The translations under genes were made by a program, and so were the position numbers. Below, piece by piece: positions 1 through 10,653 of a DNA stretch of 64,000 nucleotides (position 1 is the first letter of the stretch; each line of letters begins with the position of its first letter). Source of the DNA: a virus; IMG/VR virus record IMGVR_UViG_3300020176_000011, positions 1 through 64,000 of that record. One strand, 5' to 3'. The notes under the pieces are model-generated. The model ran no database searches. It saw only the letters and a program-made list of their open reading frames with translations, and was not told the DNA's origin.

Positions 1-6
1 CACCAG

Positions 7-357
7 ATGGGTGCGTTCGGTGAAGACCGCGCTGGTGGCCATCTGGTCGCGGCGAAGTTCAACTATGCGCGCGACGTGAACGACATCCGCATCGGCGACG
101 CGGTTGTCATCAACACGCAGGGTGCGACCAGGGTTAGCGTCGGCACCTGTATCGAATACGGCATGGCCTGTCTGGCGAACAAGCCAACCCTGGCCCTGCT
201 CGATCCGCTGCACGACCATCTGTTCTTCCGCGAGGGACCGGCGGTGATCGTGCAGAACGAAGTCGAGCTGTACGTGTCGACCCTGTCGATGCTGAACGTG
301 GAGATCAAGCCCGCGTTCGTCATGGGCTTGGAAAGGATGATCCGCGATGCAAACTAA
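7..357 (+). CDS. Nucleoside 2-deoxyribosyltransferase / Rcl-like N-glycosidase (probably 5'-truncated by window edge)
   Basis: RDxxDIxxxDAVVIN...SVGTCIEYGMA..NKP pattern typical of the NDT family, including the catalytic Glu. Confidence 0.6.
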   Translation: MGAFGEDRAGGHLVAAKFNYARDVNDIRIGDAVVINTQGATRVSVGTCIEYGMACLANKPTLALLDPLHDHLFFREGPAVIVQNEVELYVSTLSMLNVEIKPAFVMGLERMIRDAN

Positions 358-1681
358 CTGGTCGCCACAGCAGGAGGAACTCCTCCTCGACATCGAGCAG
401 TGGTGGAACAACGGCGCTCCCGAGCAGCAAGAATACATCTTGTTCGGCTACGCTGGTACCGGCAAGACCACGCTCGCCAAGACCTTCCCCGAGCTGTTCA
501 AGCTCCAGATGTTCGACGAGGTTCCCGATCCCGACTCCAAGTTCGGGAAGCAGAAGCCAGTCGAGCTGCAGGACGACAAGCTGGGCTTCATTCTCTACTG
601 CTCGTTCACCGGCAAGGCGGCGTCGGTGCTGCGTTCGAAGGGTCTGAACGCCTTCACTATCCACCAGTCGATCTATGGTGCGCCGATCATCGACGAGAAC
701 AAGATGACGGAACTGGTCGGCAAGATCGAGGAATACAAGAAGACCGGCGACCCCCGGCTCAGTCAGGTGAAGGCCGAGTTGAAGCGGACGCTGCAGCCAG
801 GCTTCGCTCTCAAGGAGACGAACGCCAAGGCGGCTCACTGCAAGCTGATCGTGGTCGACGAATGCTCGATGATCGACGAGAAGCTCTACCTCGACTTGCG
901 TCAGTTCGGCGTGCCCATCGTGTTCATGGGCGACCCTGCCCAGCTGCCTCCGGTTGGCAAGTCGGCGGGTCTGATCGAGCGTCGGCCGAATGTGATGCTG
1001 ACCGAGATCCATCGTCAGGCTCTCGACAACCCGATCCTGGAACTGGCCACCCTGCTCCGTGAGTCCTCGTTCCTGCCCAAGATCGCCGTGCCCGAACTGG
1101 TCGTGACGAACGAGCAGATCGATGTGAAGGCGATGTCGGAGTTCGATCAGGTGATCTGTGGCTATCACACCACCCGCCGTCGCACGAACAACAACTTCCG
1201 GCAGATGTACGGGTTCGATGAGATCCCGAACAGCAGCAAGGAAAAGCTGATCAACCTCAAGAACGATCATGGCCTCAAGATCATGAACGGTGAGATGGTC
1301 AGCCTCTGCGATAAGGACGACGACGATGTGTCGTCCAACGACTCTCACTACTTCTTCGGCACGCTAGCCGACTACTATTCCAAAAAGGCTTTGGGAGGTG
1401 TTCTTGCAACATCGCAGACCATCTACAACGGTTACTTCAAGGATACGGTCCGCTATGAAGATGATCGCATCAGCCGTGAGTGGAAGAAGCGCAAAGATGC
1501 TGTCGAGCTGGACTGGGGCTACGCCATCACATGCCACAAGTCGCAGGGATCAGAGTGGGACAGTATCTATATCCACGATGACGGCTTTGGCCGGACGGAG
1601 TTGGACCGCCGTCGTTGGCTCTATACGGCACTGACCCGCGCTCGTCAGAAGGCATTCATCTCGTCGAGGTTCGCAGTATGA
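347..1681 (+). CDS. SF1 helicase, Dda/RecD-like
   Basis: Walker A GYAGTGKT, IVVDECSM, GDPAQLPPV, LTEIHRQ, YAITCHKSQGSEW, LYTALTRA. Confidence 0.92.
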   Translation: MQTNWSPQQEELLLDIEQWWNNGAPEQQEYILFGYAGTGKTTLAKTFPELFKLQMFDEVPDPDSKFGKQKPVELQDDKLGFILYCSFTGKAASVLRSKGLNAFTIHQSIYGAPIIDENKMTELVGKIEEYKKTGDPRLSQVKAELKRTLQPGFALKETNAKAAHCKLIVVDECSMIDEKLYLDLRQFGVPIVFMGDPAQLPPVGKSAGLIERRPNVMLTEIHRQALDNPILELATLLRESSFLPKIAVPELVVTNEQIDVKAMSEFDQVICGYHTTRRRTNNNFRQMYGFDEIPNSSKEKLINLKNDHGLKIMNGEMVSLCDKDDDDVSSNDSHYFFGTLADYYSKKALGGVLATSQTIYNGYFKDTVRYEDDRISREWKKRKDAVELDWGYAITCHKSQGSEWDSIYIHDDGFGRTELDRRRWLYTALTRARQKAFISSRFAV

Positions 1682-4335
1682 CTACCCTCAAGAACGTCAC
1701 ACGTCTTCTCGTCGACCAACGCAGCCTTGGCCTGCTCGACGAGATTCCCAAGGTGCTGGCCTGCACCAACCTGGCGGGCCTCGACATCGAAACCGAGGAC
1801 AGCAACAAGCACGTCGGCCTCGTCGACGTGAAAGGTGATCCAATCGACTTCCAACGGTCGAACATCACCGGCTTGTCTATCTATCCGGATGATGCCGACT
1901 ACGCCTTCTATGTCAACCTGCGCCATGCCGACGTCCAGAACCGGCTTCCGTGGGAGACTGTGCAGAACGTCCTCGACTCCTACAAGGAGACGTGGGTGGC
2001 CCACAACGCTCCGTTCGAGCGGGCCATGTTCAAGATTGCGCAGAACTGGGAGATGAGAAACTACATCTGTTCGATGCAGCTGTGCGTCACGGCCTATAAC
2101 GAGGACGAGTATCCTCGCGAAGCGTTCATGGGGTCGGACCTCGGCGGTATCGTCAATCAGATGAACGCGATCTCCCGCACGTTCTCCGACTACGACCGAG
2201 AGAAGGGTCTGACCCATCAACAGGGCAAGCTCGTCGGCAAGATCCTCAGCAAGTCGACCCGTGGCAACGACAGCTTCAACGGCTACGTCAACTCGATCAA
2301 GTACGGTTACGGCCTCAAGCAGGCGGTCAAGTCGTGGTTCGGGTACGAGATGCAGACGTTCGAGCAGACGCTCAACGGCAAGGAACACATGGGCCAGCTG
2401 ACCGGCGATGAGGTGGTCAGCTATGGCGCGGACGACGCCATCTGGTGCATGCGTCTTTATCATCGGGTGATGAAGTATCTGTTGGAGCGCAATCCGGCCG
2501 TCATCCAGACGTTCTTCGAACAGGAACTCCCGATGTGCGAAGCCTACGCGGACCTCAAGGTTCGTGGCCTCCGCGTCGACAAGGAGCAGGTTCAGAAGCG
2601 TCGTGACGACGAGCGCGTCAACTACGCTGAGGAGCTTCGCAAGCTCAAGAAGACCATCCAGGCTGTGCTACCCTTCCCTCGCGACCCCATTGCCAAGATG
2701 ATGGATCGTGAAGATTGGTACGCCAAGAATTGGCAGCGGTACCGTGGCCGGATCGAGCAGTGGGCTGAGACGCCCGACAGCACTCGCGATCTCGACCAGT
2801 GCATTCAAGTCTCAAGCCCGGTCGGCAACGAGTGGATGACCGAACTGGCCAACGGCAAGAAGTACAAGTCGACCAAGATGAACCTCACCCACTACATGGT
2901 GACGCGCACCTTGTTCTACGATCTGCTCGAACTGCCGCTCGTCATGGACAAGGGCAAGCTCCAGTCCGATGCCGAAGCTCGTCAGTCGATGTACGAAGAT
3001 CTCATGGAGGAGTTTCGCCAGTGCGTAGACCCCGGTCTGAAAGCAGTCCTGCAGCGAAAGCTCGACGTGCTGAACAGCATCAACAGCCTGTCGTCAATCG
3101 ATCAGCGTATGAAGCTGTACTTGAATCCCTACATGCATTTGATCGACCCCGCTACCGGCCGGGTCTACCCGACCCTATCGAGTATGCTGAACTCGCGTCG
3201 TATGGCGACGCAATTTCCGAACCCGATGCAGCTGGCGAAGCGTGGCGCATCTACCTACGTTCGCGGCTTCTATCTTGCCGACCACGACGAGGACTTGACG
3301 GTGTCCTTGGACTGGAGCCAGGTTGAGCTAGTCGAGATCGGCGAGTTCTCCGGTGATCCGGAGTTTGCCAAAGCCTACGGGCAGACGCCTTACGAGGACT
3401 TGCATCTTGGAGCAGCCGCCGACTGTTTGTCGGTGATGGTCCCTGAGTTGACCATCGACGTCTACAAGTCGCTCAAGAACATGACCGAGGAGGAAGCGAA
3501 GGATCACAGCTATCTCGACTACCTGTTCCGGTCGACTTCGGGCGAAGTGCTGTCTCCTTCCAAGGCCTACAAGTATTGGCGCACCGAGGTCGGCAAGGGT
3601 GCCAACTTCAACTACTGGTACTCGGGTGCCCTGTCGACGGTGGGCGAGCGTCTCGGCTGGACCCCGACGCAGATGTGGGAAGCCACCGAGCGGTACCGCG
3701 AACGCTTCAAGGTCGCCGAGGAGTGGCGTGTTCAGACCATCCAGGACCTGCAGGCCAAGGGCTACGTGGAGTTGCCCGACCATCATCGCCGCACCCGGTT
3801 CGAGGCCACCCGCGAGTGGGAGGAAATGATCCGGGCTCGCTTCAACAAGTACGCCGACGCCGCCAACAGCGACGGCATCCGGAAGTTCGCTCAGTTCTTC
3901 ATCAACTCGGTGAAGCGCCGCGCTGGCAATCAGGGTGTCAACTCGATGATCCAAGGCTCGTCGGCGACGCTGGCCAAGCGGTCGGTGATCCGCATCATCA
4001 AGCGGATCGTCGAGGATCAGTTCCATCCTCGGACACGCTTCCTGATCCCGGTGCATGACGAGTTGGTCTTCAACGTCCACAAGACCGAGGTTTGGGACTT
4101 CATCCAGATGGCCAAACAGGTGATGACCAACCACCCCGACATCATCAAGAACCTCAAGCTGGACTGTACTGCCAGCGTCGGACGGACCTACGAGCCGTTC
4201 GACATGAAGAAAGTGCCCTTCGGTCAGGTCGAGATCGACGAGGCACCTCACCTTCCCTTCGTCCCGCAGGGAGAACGCGATGGTAAAATGTCGCGGGACA
4301 CTGTCGAAGCTCTCGTGCAATACCTCAGACCCTAA
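1678..4335 (+). CDS. Family A DNA polymerase with N-terminal 3'-5' exonuclease
   Basis: Exo motifs LDIETE, AHNAPFE, YGADDA; motif A LDWSQVEL, motif B R...KGANFNYWY, motif C VHDEL; ATG at 1678 overlaps the helicase stop (ATGA). Confidence 0.93.
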   Translation: MTTLKNVTRLLVDQRSLGLLDEIPKVLACTNLAGLDIETEDSNKHVGLVDVKGDPIDFQRSNITGLSIYPDDADYAFYVNLRHADVQNRLPWETVQNVLDSYKETWVAHNAPFERAMFKIAQNWEMRNYICSMQLCVTAYNEDEYPREAFMGSDLGGIVNQMNAISRTFSDYDREKGLTHQQGKLVGKILSKSTRGNDSFNGYVNSIKYGYGLKQAVKSWFGYEMQTFEQTLNGKEHMGQLTGDEVVSYGADDAIWCMRLYHRVMKYLLERNPAVIQTFFEQELPMCEAYADLKVRGLRVDKEQVQKRRDDERVNYAEELRKLKKTIQAVLPFPRDPIAKMMDREDWYAKNWQRYRGRIEQWAETPDSTRDLDQCIQVSSPVGNEWMTELANGKKYKSTKMNLTHYMVTRTLFYDLLELPLVMDKGKLQSDAEARQSMYEDLMEEFRQCVDPGLKAVLQRKLDVLNSINSLSSIDQRMKLYLNPYMHLIDPATGRVYPTLSSMLNSRRMATQFPNPMQLAKRGASTYVRGFYLADHDEDLTVSLDWSQVELVEIGEFSGDPEFAKAYGQTPYEDLHLGAAADCLSVMVPELTIDVYKSLKNMTEEEAKDHSYLDYLFRSTSGEVLSPSKAYKYWRTEVGKGANFNYWYSGALSTVGERLGWTPTQMWEATERYRERFKVAEEWRVQTIQDLQAKGYVELPDHHRRTRFEATREWEEMIRARFNKYADAANSDGIRKFAQFFINSVKRRAGNQGVNSMIQGSSATLAKRSVIRIIKRIVEDQFHPRTRFLIPVHDELVFNVHKTEVWDFIQMAKQVMTNHPDIIKNLKLDCTASVGRTYEPFDMKKVPFGQVEIDEAPHLPFVPQGERDGKMSRDTVEALVQYLRP

Positions 4336-4347
4336 AGGAGTGCCCAC

Positions 4348-4830
4348 ATGGCCCGCAAGTTGAAGAAGAAGTCGAAGAAGGTCGTCGTCAAGCGCAAAGT
4401 GCGCCGCTACAAGGAGCCGGAAGTCGTGTTCGAGCCGGGCACCTGGCTCAGTTCCGACCTGTTCGTCCCCAACAACGTGCCGATCCTGAACGCCTTCGCC
4501 GGGCGCTGCCACATCGCCAACCACAAGTGGTGGCATGACCCGAAGACCGGCAAGCGTCTCGAACGCAATCCCGGCGAGCTGATCGCGCTGATCCACAGCG
4601 AGGCCAGCGAGATGCTGGAGGGCGTCCGCAAGGATAAGATGGACGACCACCTTCCCAATCGGAAGGCCGAGGAAGTCGAAGCCGCCGATCTGCTGATCCG
4701 TCTGTTCGACTACGCGGGCGGCCGTGGCCTCGACCTCCATGGTGCGTTCATGGAAAAGATGGCCTACAACGCCATCCGCGCCGACCACAAGCACAAGAAC
4801 CGCGTGAAGCGCGGCGGCAAGAAGTTCTAG
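4348..4830 (+). CDS. MazG-like nucleotide pyrophosphohydrolase
   Basis: IALIHSEASEMLEGVRK...EEVEAADLLIRLFD all-alpha NTP-PPase signature; SD AAGGAG. Confidence 0.8.
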   Translation: MARKLKKKSKKVVVKRKVRRYKEPEVVFEPGTWLSSDLFVPNNVPILNAFAGRCHIANHKWWHDPKTGKRLERNPGELIALIHSEASEMLEGVRKDKMDDHLPNRKAEEVEAADLLIRLFDYAGGRGLDLHGAFMEKMAYNAIRADHKHKNRVKRGGKKF

Positions 4831-4833
4831 GCC

Positions 4834-5304
4834 ATGCGCAACACTGGTAAGCCCGCTGAGTCGTTCTTCGAAGAGGTGTGGCGCAGCTTTGGAAAGGCTG
4901 TTGTCGTCCACCGCTTCGAAGACACTCACGCGCTTACCAGTGCCAAGGCCAGCCGAACTGGTGAGTCGTTCAGAAAATCTATGGTCTTTGCCTCAGAACA
5001 ACCGGCGGATTACTTGATCGTGTCTCGACACGAGGGAGTGTTCTTTGCGGAAGTTAAGAGCATCAGCAAGATGACCTTTCCTTTCTCCATGTTCAAAGCT
5101 GGTCAGCTGAGCATGGGGAAGAGAGCTTCCACGGCCCGAGAAGGTTCCTACATCGTGTTCATCCGGTGCGAGCTGGACATGCGGTGGTGGCGTATCGATT
5201 GGCGATTCATTCAATCGCTGATGGATCAAGGGTTAAAATCGTTTAGGCTTCAGGACCTTCCCCCGGAGTACCTATGGAGAGCAGGCAATGACTACGAAGC
5301 GTAA
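4834..5304 (+). CDS. RecU-like Holliday junction resolvase (PD-(D/E)xK nuclease)
   Basis: N-terminal GKPAESFFE, PADYLIV, FAEVKS. Confidence 0.7.
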   Translation: MRNTGKPAESFFEEVWRSFGKAVVVHRFEDTHALTSAKASRTGESFRKSMVFASEQPADYLIVSRHEGVFFAEVKSISKMTFPFSMFKAGQLSMGKRASTAREGSYIVFIRCELDMRWWRIDWRFIQSLMDQGLKSFRLQDLPPEYLWRAGNDYEA

Positions 5305-5851
5305 ATACACGGACGTGATGGTCGACATCGAGACGACGGGTGTGAATCCCGACGAGAACGCGATGATCCAGCTGGCCGCCGTCCGGTTCAATCTGATCAC
5401 GGAGGAAGTCGATGGTGACGATATGTTCAATCGCTCACTCGCTATCCCGGCGAAACGCTTTTGGGACGAAGGGACTCGGGAGTGGTGGGGCAAACGTCTC
5501 GACACGTATCGTGGCATCATGGCTCGGATGGAACCCGTGGAGCGGGTCCTTCGGGACTTCACAACGTGGGCCGCGAAGGACCAGGACGGTGAGAAGCTTC
5601 GCTTCTGGTCCAAGCCTTCGCACTTCGACTTCATGTTCATCCAGTCCTACTACAAGCAGTTTCCTGTCGCGAGCTTTCCTTTCGACTTTCGCGAGGCTCA
5701 GGACATGCGGTCATTTCTTCGGGGGCTCTATTTCCCCAATGACCTTCCGGAGTCGACTGTGAAGCTGGAAGGCGTCGCCCACGATGCCATCTTCGACGTC
5801 CTGCATCAGATCCAGGTGCTGCAGGACTACGTCAAGAAGTGCGTGAGCTGA
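5288..5851 (+). CDS. DEDDh 3'-5' exonuclease
   Basis: VMVDIETTG, SHFDFMF, AHDAIFD. Confidence 0.85.
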   Translation: MTTKRKYTDVMVDIETTGVNPDENAMIQLAAVRFNLITEEVDGDDMFNRSLAIPAKRFWDEGTREWWGKRLDTYRGIMARMEPVERVLRDFTTWAAKDQDGEKLRFWSKPSHFDFMFIQSYYKQFPVASFPFDFREAQDMRSFLRGLYFPNDLPESTVKLEGVAHDAIFDVLHQIQVLQDYVKKCVS

Positions 5852-6846
5852 ACATGCGCATCAAACTCGCTGGCAAGTCCATCGAGCTGATCGGCGATCC
5901 CCACCTCGGACGCAAGTTCGAGGTGGGTGTTCCGCTCTCTCGTCGTGGAGAACGTGAGGAAGCCGTGATGGCGGACTTCCAAGAACGGATGCAACGAGCC
6001 GCAGACTTCACGATCTGCATGGGAGACATCTTCGACAAGTTCGTGGTGGCTCCTGAGATCGAGCTGTTTGCTGCCGACCAATTCAATACGGGCGAAGGCG
6101 TCCTTCGCTACTGCCTACGTGGCAATCATGATGCGAGCCGTGACACAGCAAAGGCTTCGTCATTCGATGTGTTCTCTGAGCTGCTCGACTCCGAGCGAGA
6201 AGCCCATGCAGTCAAGGACGAGCCTCACTTTCAGCCGCTCAAGCTCGACCACTGGATCGTGATGATCCCTTGGCACCCGTTCCGCAATGCTGCACAGATG
6301 GCAGCTGACGCGCTGGAGCAGTGGGTGAAGATGGGCAAGCCCAAGGTTCATGCAGCGTTCGGCCACTGGGACACCGAGGACTTCTCCGAGTTCGGCGGCA
6401 ACACCGACAACCTGGTGCCGCTGGCGCAACTGCGTCAGATGACTGACACGATCTACACCGGCCATGTCCACACTCCCGGCGTGAAACAGATCGGTCACAT
6501 CCAGCTGATCTCGGTCGGCTCAATGCAGCCCTACACCCATGGTGAAGACCCGGATGGCGAAGTCTACGAGACGCTCACCTTGAAGGAACTCGAGTCGCGT
6601 GATCCTGCCAGCCTCAAGAACAAGTGCATTCGCATCGAGCTTGAGGAAGGTGAAGAAGCACCGGCCGACATCGACGCTTTGCAGGTGACTATCAAGCGGA
6701 AGAAGGACAAGATCGAGAAGGGCGACGAGGTTCGTGTCGACGCCTTCGACCTCGACCGGCTCTACAAGGAGTCGATGGAGAAGCACAAGGTTCCGAAGGA
6801 GATCTCGGAACGGATCAACGTCAAGTTTCAGGAGTTGAGCAAATGA
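5839..6846 (+). CDS. sbcD: SbcD/Mre11-like metallophosphoesterase nuclease
   Basis: GDPHLG, MGDIFD, RGNHD, FGHWD, TGHVH; lies upstream of the Rad50-like ATPase. Confidence 0.82.
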   Translation: MRELNMRIKLAGKSIELIGDPHLGRKFEVGVPLSRRGEREEAVMADFQERMQRAADFTICMGDIFDKFVVAPEIELFAADQFNTGEGVLRYCLRGNHDASRDTAKASSFDVFSELLDSEREAHAVKDEPHFQPLKLDHWIVMIPWHPFRNAAQMAADALEQWVKMGKPKVHAAFGHWDTEDFSEFGGNTDNLVPLAQLRQMTDTIYTGHVHTPGVKQIGHIQLISVGSMQPYTHGEDPDGEVYETLTLKELESRDPASLKNKCIRIELEEGEEAPADIDALQVTIKRKKDKIEKGDEVRVDAFDLDRLYKESMEKHKVPKEISERINVKFQELSK

Positions 6847-7262
6847 GCGCAGAAGAAGAGAAGCCGCGTTACCGTATGGAACTCGCCACGGGAGCGGCTC
6901 CCGTCATTGCTGGCTTGCCCAGCATGGAAGAGATCAAGGAACAGGACGCCATCACCGACAAGCTGCCGCAGCTGATGGACCGTCTCGGCCTGCCTGCTGG
7001 TGCCAGCATGGCCGGTGCGACCAAGTACCTTCAGACGAGGGAAGGACGGTTCTGGGACATCTTCCTGATCGCCCATCGTGTTCTCGATCTGCTGGAGCAG
7101 GCTCTGGTTCGTGGGCAGACTGCGTTGACCCACAGCCAGGAAATGCAAAAGGCTTACCAGCATCAGCAGCAGATGATTCTGCAGATGGCTGTCCGTGTCA
7201 CCGAACTGGAGAAGCTGGTCCCCGGCTCTACTCCTCTCGCCGACCGCATCAACAAGGAATAG
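6843..7262 (+). CDS. Hypothetical protein, C-terminal coiled coil
   Basis: Coupled ORF (ATGA overlap) with SD, phage-like codon usage. Confidence 0.6.
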   Translation: MSAEEEKPRYRMELATGAAPVIAGLPSMEEIKEQDAITDKLPQLMDRLGLPAGASMAGATKYLQTREGRFWDIFLIAHRVLDLLEQALVRGQTALTHSQEMQKAYQHQQQMILQMAVRVTELEKLVPGSTPLADRINKE

Positions 7263-7266
7263 TCCC

Positions 7267-9165
7267 GTGCTTCGCTCGCTCCACATCAAGAATGGCTTTC
7301 GCCACCTCGACTCTACGTTCAACTTCCAGAAAGGGCTGACTTCGATAACCGGACCGAACGAGTCCGGCAAGTCGCTGATCATGGAGTTCTTCCGTTACAG
7401 TCTGTGGGGGACGGCCGCTCTGCGTGGAGCGAGCGCAGATTACAAGAAGCTGGAAGTCACATCGGTGTTCGATGTGAAGGGTCAGACCTACAAGAGCTAC
7501 CGTGGTAAGGGACAGGCACGTCTCTACCAGAAGAACGGTGACGACTGGGAAGATCTCGCCACTGGTACCATCCCTGTGAACGGTGCCATCAAGACCATCT
7601 TCGGCTACGACATGCTCGTCTTCGACATTGCCAACTGCTGTCTGCAGGGCAAGGTCGAGGAGCTTGGGAACATGAAGCCTGCCGACCGGAAGAAGATGGT
7701 CGATCAGACCATCGGTCTGCAGTTCATCGACAAGGTGATCGAGTGGACGGGGGCCGAAGCCACGGCTGCTAAACGCTCCGCTGAGTCGCTGGAGTTCGCG
7801 TGCCAGCGGGTGCCTACGCCGCCCGAGCCCTTCTCCATGGAGCCGCCGCTTCCGCCCCAGGAACAGACCCTGCCGTCCTTGGCCGAGCTGAAGCAGCGTC
7901 AGATGAAGCTGCGTCAGGAACAGGCCGAGAGGCAGCAGCTGGAAGGGAAGCTCAGTGCCAGCTTGCCTTCCGAGCCGAAGGCACCGGAAGACCCCGAGGT
8001 CGACACCGAGGCCGATCTGCTGGCTCACGAACAGCATCGGCAGGGTCTGATGCAGACGGTCCACAACCTGCTCGTCAAGCGCGATGCGGTTCAGTGTTCA
8101 CCATACACGAAGGAAGAACTGGAGCGGTTCAACCAGACGCTGATCGACAACGCCGGGGTGCTGCAGAAGAGGCAGCTGCTCGCTGCAGGACACCTGACAT
8201 GCCCAAGCTGCGCGCACACTTGGCCGCTGCGTGCCGACGCTCTGGCCAAGTTCGCGCATCTGCCGGACGAGCCGACGCCGTTGCCGAGCGGTGTGAATTC
8301 CTCTTCCATTATCCGATGGGAAGGCGTACTAGACGGTCCCGAGCGCAAGGCCGCGCTCGAAAAGGAGATCGTCAATGCTCAGGCGAAATTGGATGCTTGC
8401 CCTGATCTCTCTGACAACCTGCGCGTTCGCCGTACTTACGATTCCGCTCTTCGGTCTTACCAAACCCTCGCCAAAAACTATCAAGACGCCGTCCGGCTTC
8501 GTGAAGCTCACGAGCAACGGCTCGCCACTCTGCGCCCGACCTCAGACGTGGATCGTGAATTCGACGACGTGCAAGCCACCATCCAGGCAGTCGTCGAAGC
8601 AGAGTCAAAGGCCGCCGCCTACGCGACTGCTCTGAACGTCTATCACCAGCAGAAGAAAGCACACGAAGCACTCACCGCGAAGTACGCGGCAGACGTCAAG
8701 GCCTACAACGAGATCGTCGAGAAGGCCGCTGCAGAACGACAGACCGCTGACGGTATGGCAGCTGGTGTCGTCGCCCTCAAAGACCTCAAGGTCGAAATCA
8801 AGAAGTTTCTCGTTCCCTCGCTAAATAAAGTTGCCTCGCACCTCATTTTCCAAATGACAGGTGGCAAGCGTTCGTCGATAAGCGTCGACGAAGACTTCAA
8901 CATCCAGGTGGATGGGCAGGAACTTTCGGTCCTCTCTGGCTCTGGCAAGGCGGTAGCGAACCTCGCGATCCGCATCGGCCTCGGCCAAGTGCTAACCAAC
9001 AAGATCTTTCCAGTCTTCATGGCTGACGAGTTCGACGCTGCGATGGATGCTGAACGGGCGGAACACACAGCGGAGTGTCTCGCCAATCTTTCCAAGGAGA
9101 TCGGTCAGGTCATCTTGATCTCGCACAAGAAGCCCGAAGCCGATCACCACATTGAGTTGAGGTAG
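7267..9165 (+). CDS. sbcC: SbcC/Rad50-like ABC ATPase
   Basis: Walker A GPNESGKS, central CPSC zinc hook within coiled coils, signature LSGSGK, Walker B MADEFD, ISH; GTG start at 7267. Confidence 0.88.
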   Translation: MLRSLHIKNGFRHLDSTFNFQKGLTSITGPNESGKSLIMEFFRYSLWGTAALRGASADYKKLEVTSVFDVKGQTYKSYRGKGQARLYQKNGDDWEDLATGTIPVNGAIKTIFGYDMLVFDIANCCLQGKVEELGNMKPADRKKMVDQTIGLQFIDKVIEWTGAEATAAKRSAESLEFACQRVPTPPEPFSMEPPLPPQEQTLPSLAELKQRQMKLRQEQAERQQLEGKLSASLPSEPKAPEDPEVDTEADLLAHEQHRQGLMQTVHNLLVKRDAVQCSPYTKEELERFNQTLIDNAGVLQKRQLLAAGHLTCPSCAHTWPLRADALAKFAHLPDEPTPLPSGVNSSSIIRWEGVLDGPERKAALEKEIVNAQAKLDACPDLSDNLRVRRTYDSALRSYQTLAKNYQDAVRLREAHEQRLATLRPTSDVDREFDDVQATIQAVVEAESKAAAYATALNVYHQQKKAHEALTAKYAADVKAYNEIVEKAAAERQTADGMAAGVVALKDLKVEIKKFLVPSLNKVASHLIFQMTGGKRSSISVDEDFNIQVDGQELSVLSGSGKAVANLAIRIGLGQVLTNKIFPVFMADEFDAAMDAERAEHTAECLANLSKEIGQVILISHKKPEADHHIELR

Positions 9166-9167
9166 CT

Positions 9168-9575
9168 ATGTCACAGATTACCACCATGCAGGGCCATCTG
9201 ATCCGCCAAGCGGGTGCCGAGGTGTCTGCTCAGACCATCGCGAAGAACTTCGGCCTTCCGTTGCAGGATGTGAAGCGCATCCTGCGTGGCGACCCTCCGC
9301 TGGGTGGCTATCACGTCCCCAAGACGGTCGATGACCGTTTCGAGACGGAAGGTCGTGCCGACATTCGTCGGTATCTGATCGCGCGCAAGAGTGCATTGTC
9401 GATGTCCTCATGGGGCACCGATCCCGTCATTCAGCGCGCCAAGGCACAGTACGACGCTGGCGAGATCGACATGGCTCAGGGCCGCAGCGAATCGTACATC
9501 TTTCTCTATGCCTTTCCCCGCAAGGTGAAGGACGAGAGCCGTCAACCCTACTTCAGCAAGATCGTTCAGGAGTGA
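9168..9575 (+). CDS. Hypothetical protein with possible N-terminal HTH
   Basis: SAQTIAKNFGLPLQDVKRIL resembles a helix-turn-helix; SD GAGG. Confidence 0.5.
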   Translation: MSQITTMQGHLIRQAGAEVSAQTIAKNFGLPLQDVKRILRGDPPLGGYHVPKTVDDRFETEGRADIRRYLIARKSALSMSSWGTDPVIQRAKAQYDAGEIDMAQGRSESYIFLYAFPRKVKDESRQPYFSKIVQE

Positions 9576-9577
9576 CT

Positions 9578-10306
9578 ATGACGAAGGTTATCTATGAGCC
9601 CATGTCGGCTCTTCGCATTCAGTACATGGGCGGCGACGTGGATGTCGTGAACGCTGCTCGTGTCTCCTTCAAGAAGGAGGTCCAGGTCTTCAGCGACAAG
9701 GACGAGAAGCTGATCGCGTATCTCGGCAAGCACAATCACTGGTCGCCGTTCGCCCACGTCATGGTGAAGCTGCGCGTGAAGATGCCGATCTTCGTCAAGA
9801 ACCAGATGTGGAAGTCCCACATCGGGGCGAACGTCGCCGAGGCGTGGAACGAGGTGAGTCGTCGCTATGTCGATGACGTGCCGACCTTCTGGCGTCCCAA
9901 CGAGTGGCGTGGCCGTCCGGTCAATGCCAAGCAGGGTTCGTCCGACACCTTCGTCGAGGACATCGCCGTGCAGGAGAACGCTGCCATCCTGGGCGAAGGC
10001 TACGAGGACACCACGCAGAAGGTGGCGGTCTACGCCCATCACACCACCCAGGTGGCGCTGGACTGCTACATGGACATGATCGCCGGGGGTGTCGCACCCG
10101 AGATGGCTCGCACCGTCCTGCCGCTTTCCATGCACACCGAGTGGATCTGGACCGGCTCGCTGCTGTTCTGGTCGCGTATCGTGAAGCAGCGTATCGACAA
10201 CCACGCTCAGCAGGAGTCGCAGGAAGTCGCCGCCATGATCCGCGACGCCGTCGCACCCATTGCGCCTGTCAGCTGGCAGGCCCTGATGTCAACCAAGGAG
10301 CAATAG
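9578..10306 (+). CDS. thyX: Flavin-dependent thymidylate synthase
   Basis: VVNAARVSF, HNHWSPF, WNEVSRRY, APEMARTVLP, HAQQE. Confidence 0.93.
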   Translation: MTKVIYEPMSALRIQYMGGDVDVVNAARVSFKKEVQVFSDKDEKLIAYLGKHNHWSPFAHVMVKLRVKMPIFVKNQMWKSHIGANVAEAWNEVSRRYVDDVPTFWRPNEWRGRPVNAKQGSSDTFVEDIAVQENAAILGEGYEDTTQKVAVYAHHTTQVALDCYMDMIAGGVAPEMARTVLPLSMHTEWIWTGSLLFWSRIVKQRIDNHAQQESQEVAAMIRDAVAPIAPVSWQALMSTKEQ

Positions 10307-10308
10307 TC

Positions 10309-10653
10309 ATGAATCGTTTGGACGCAATGGGCTACGTGCCCACCGAGAAGGGTCGTCGCACCAATCTCAGCGGGGTGCTTCGCATCCTGATGAACACCGA
10401 GGACAAGGAAACGCGCATTGTCCTCAACAACTTCATCCGCCGGGCGACCAGCCGTGGCGACATGGGCTTCGGCCGTCGCGGTGGTACGCCTCCGCGCCGC
10501 AAGACGCGGTGGCGTCTGGAGATGCAGGCTGCGAAGGGCTGCACCGGCGCTGCCAAGCGGATGATCAAGTACGACATCGCCAACGGCAAGTTCTACGCTG
10601 ACGGTCATCCGACCAAGAAGCACACGGCCGGTCGGACGGAGATGTACTCGTGA
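10309..10653 (+). CDS. Hypothetical basic protein
   Basis: SD AAGGAG then ATG; fills the gap between thyX and the kinase. Confidence 0.55.
   Translation: MNRLDAMGYVPTEKGRRTNLSGVLRILMNTEDKETRIVLNNFIRRATSRGDMGFGRRGGTPPRRKTRWRLEMQAAKGCTGAAKRMIKYDIANGKFYADGHPTKKHTAGRTEMYS

Noticed and set aside
9770-9870. ThyX lacking the textbook RHR motif (KSHIG...NEVSRRY)
   Set aside because: Similar variants are common in phage ThyX proteins and the SxRY catalytic part is intact.
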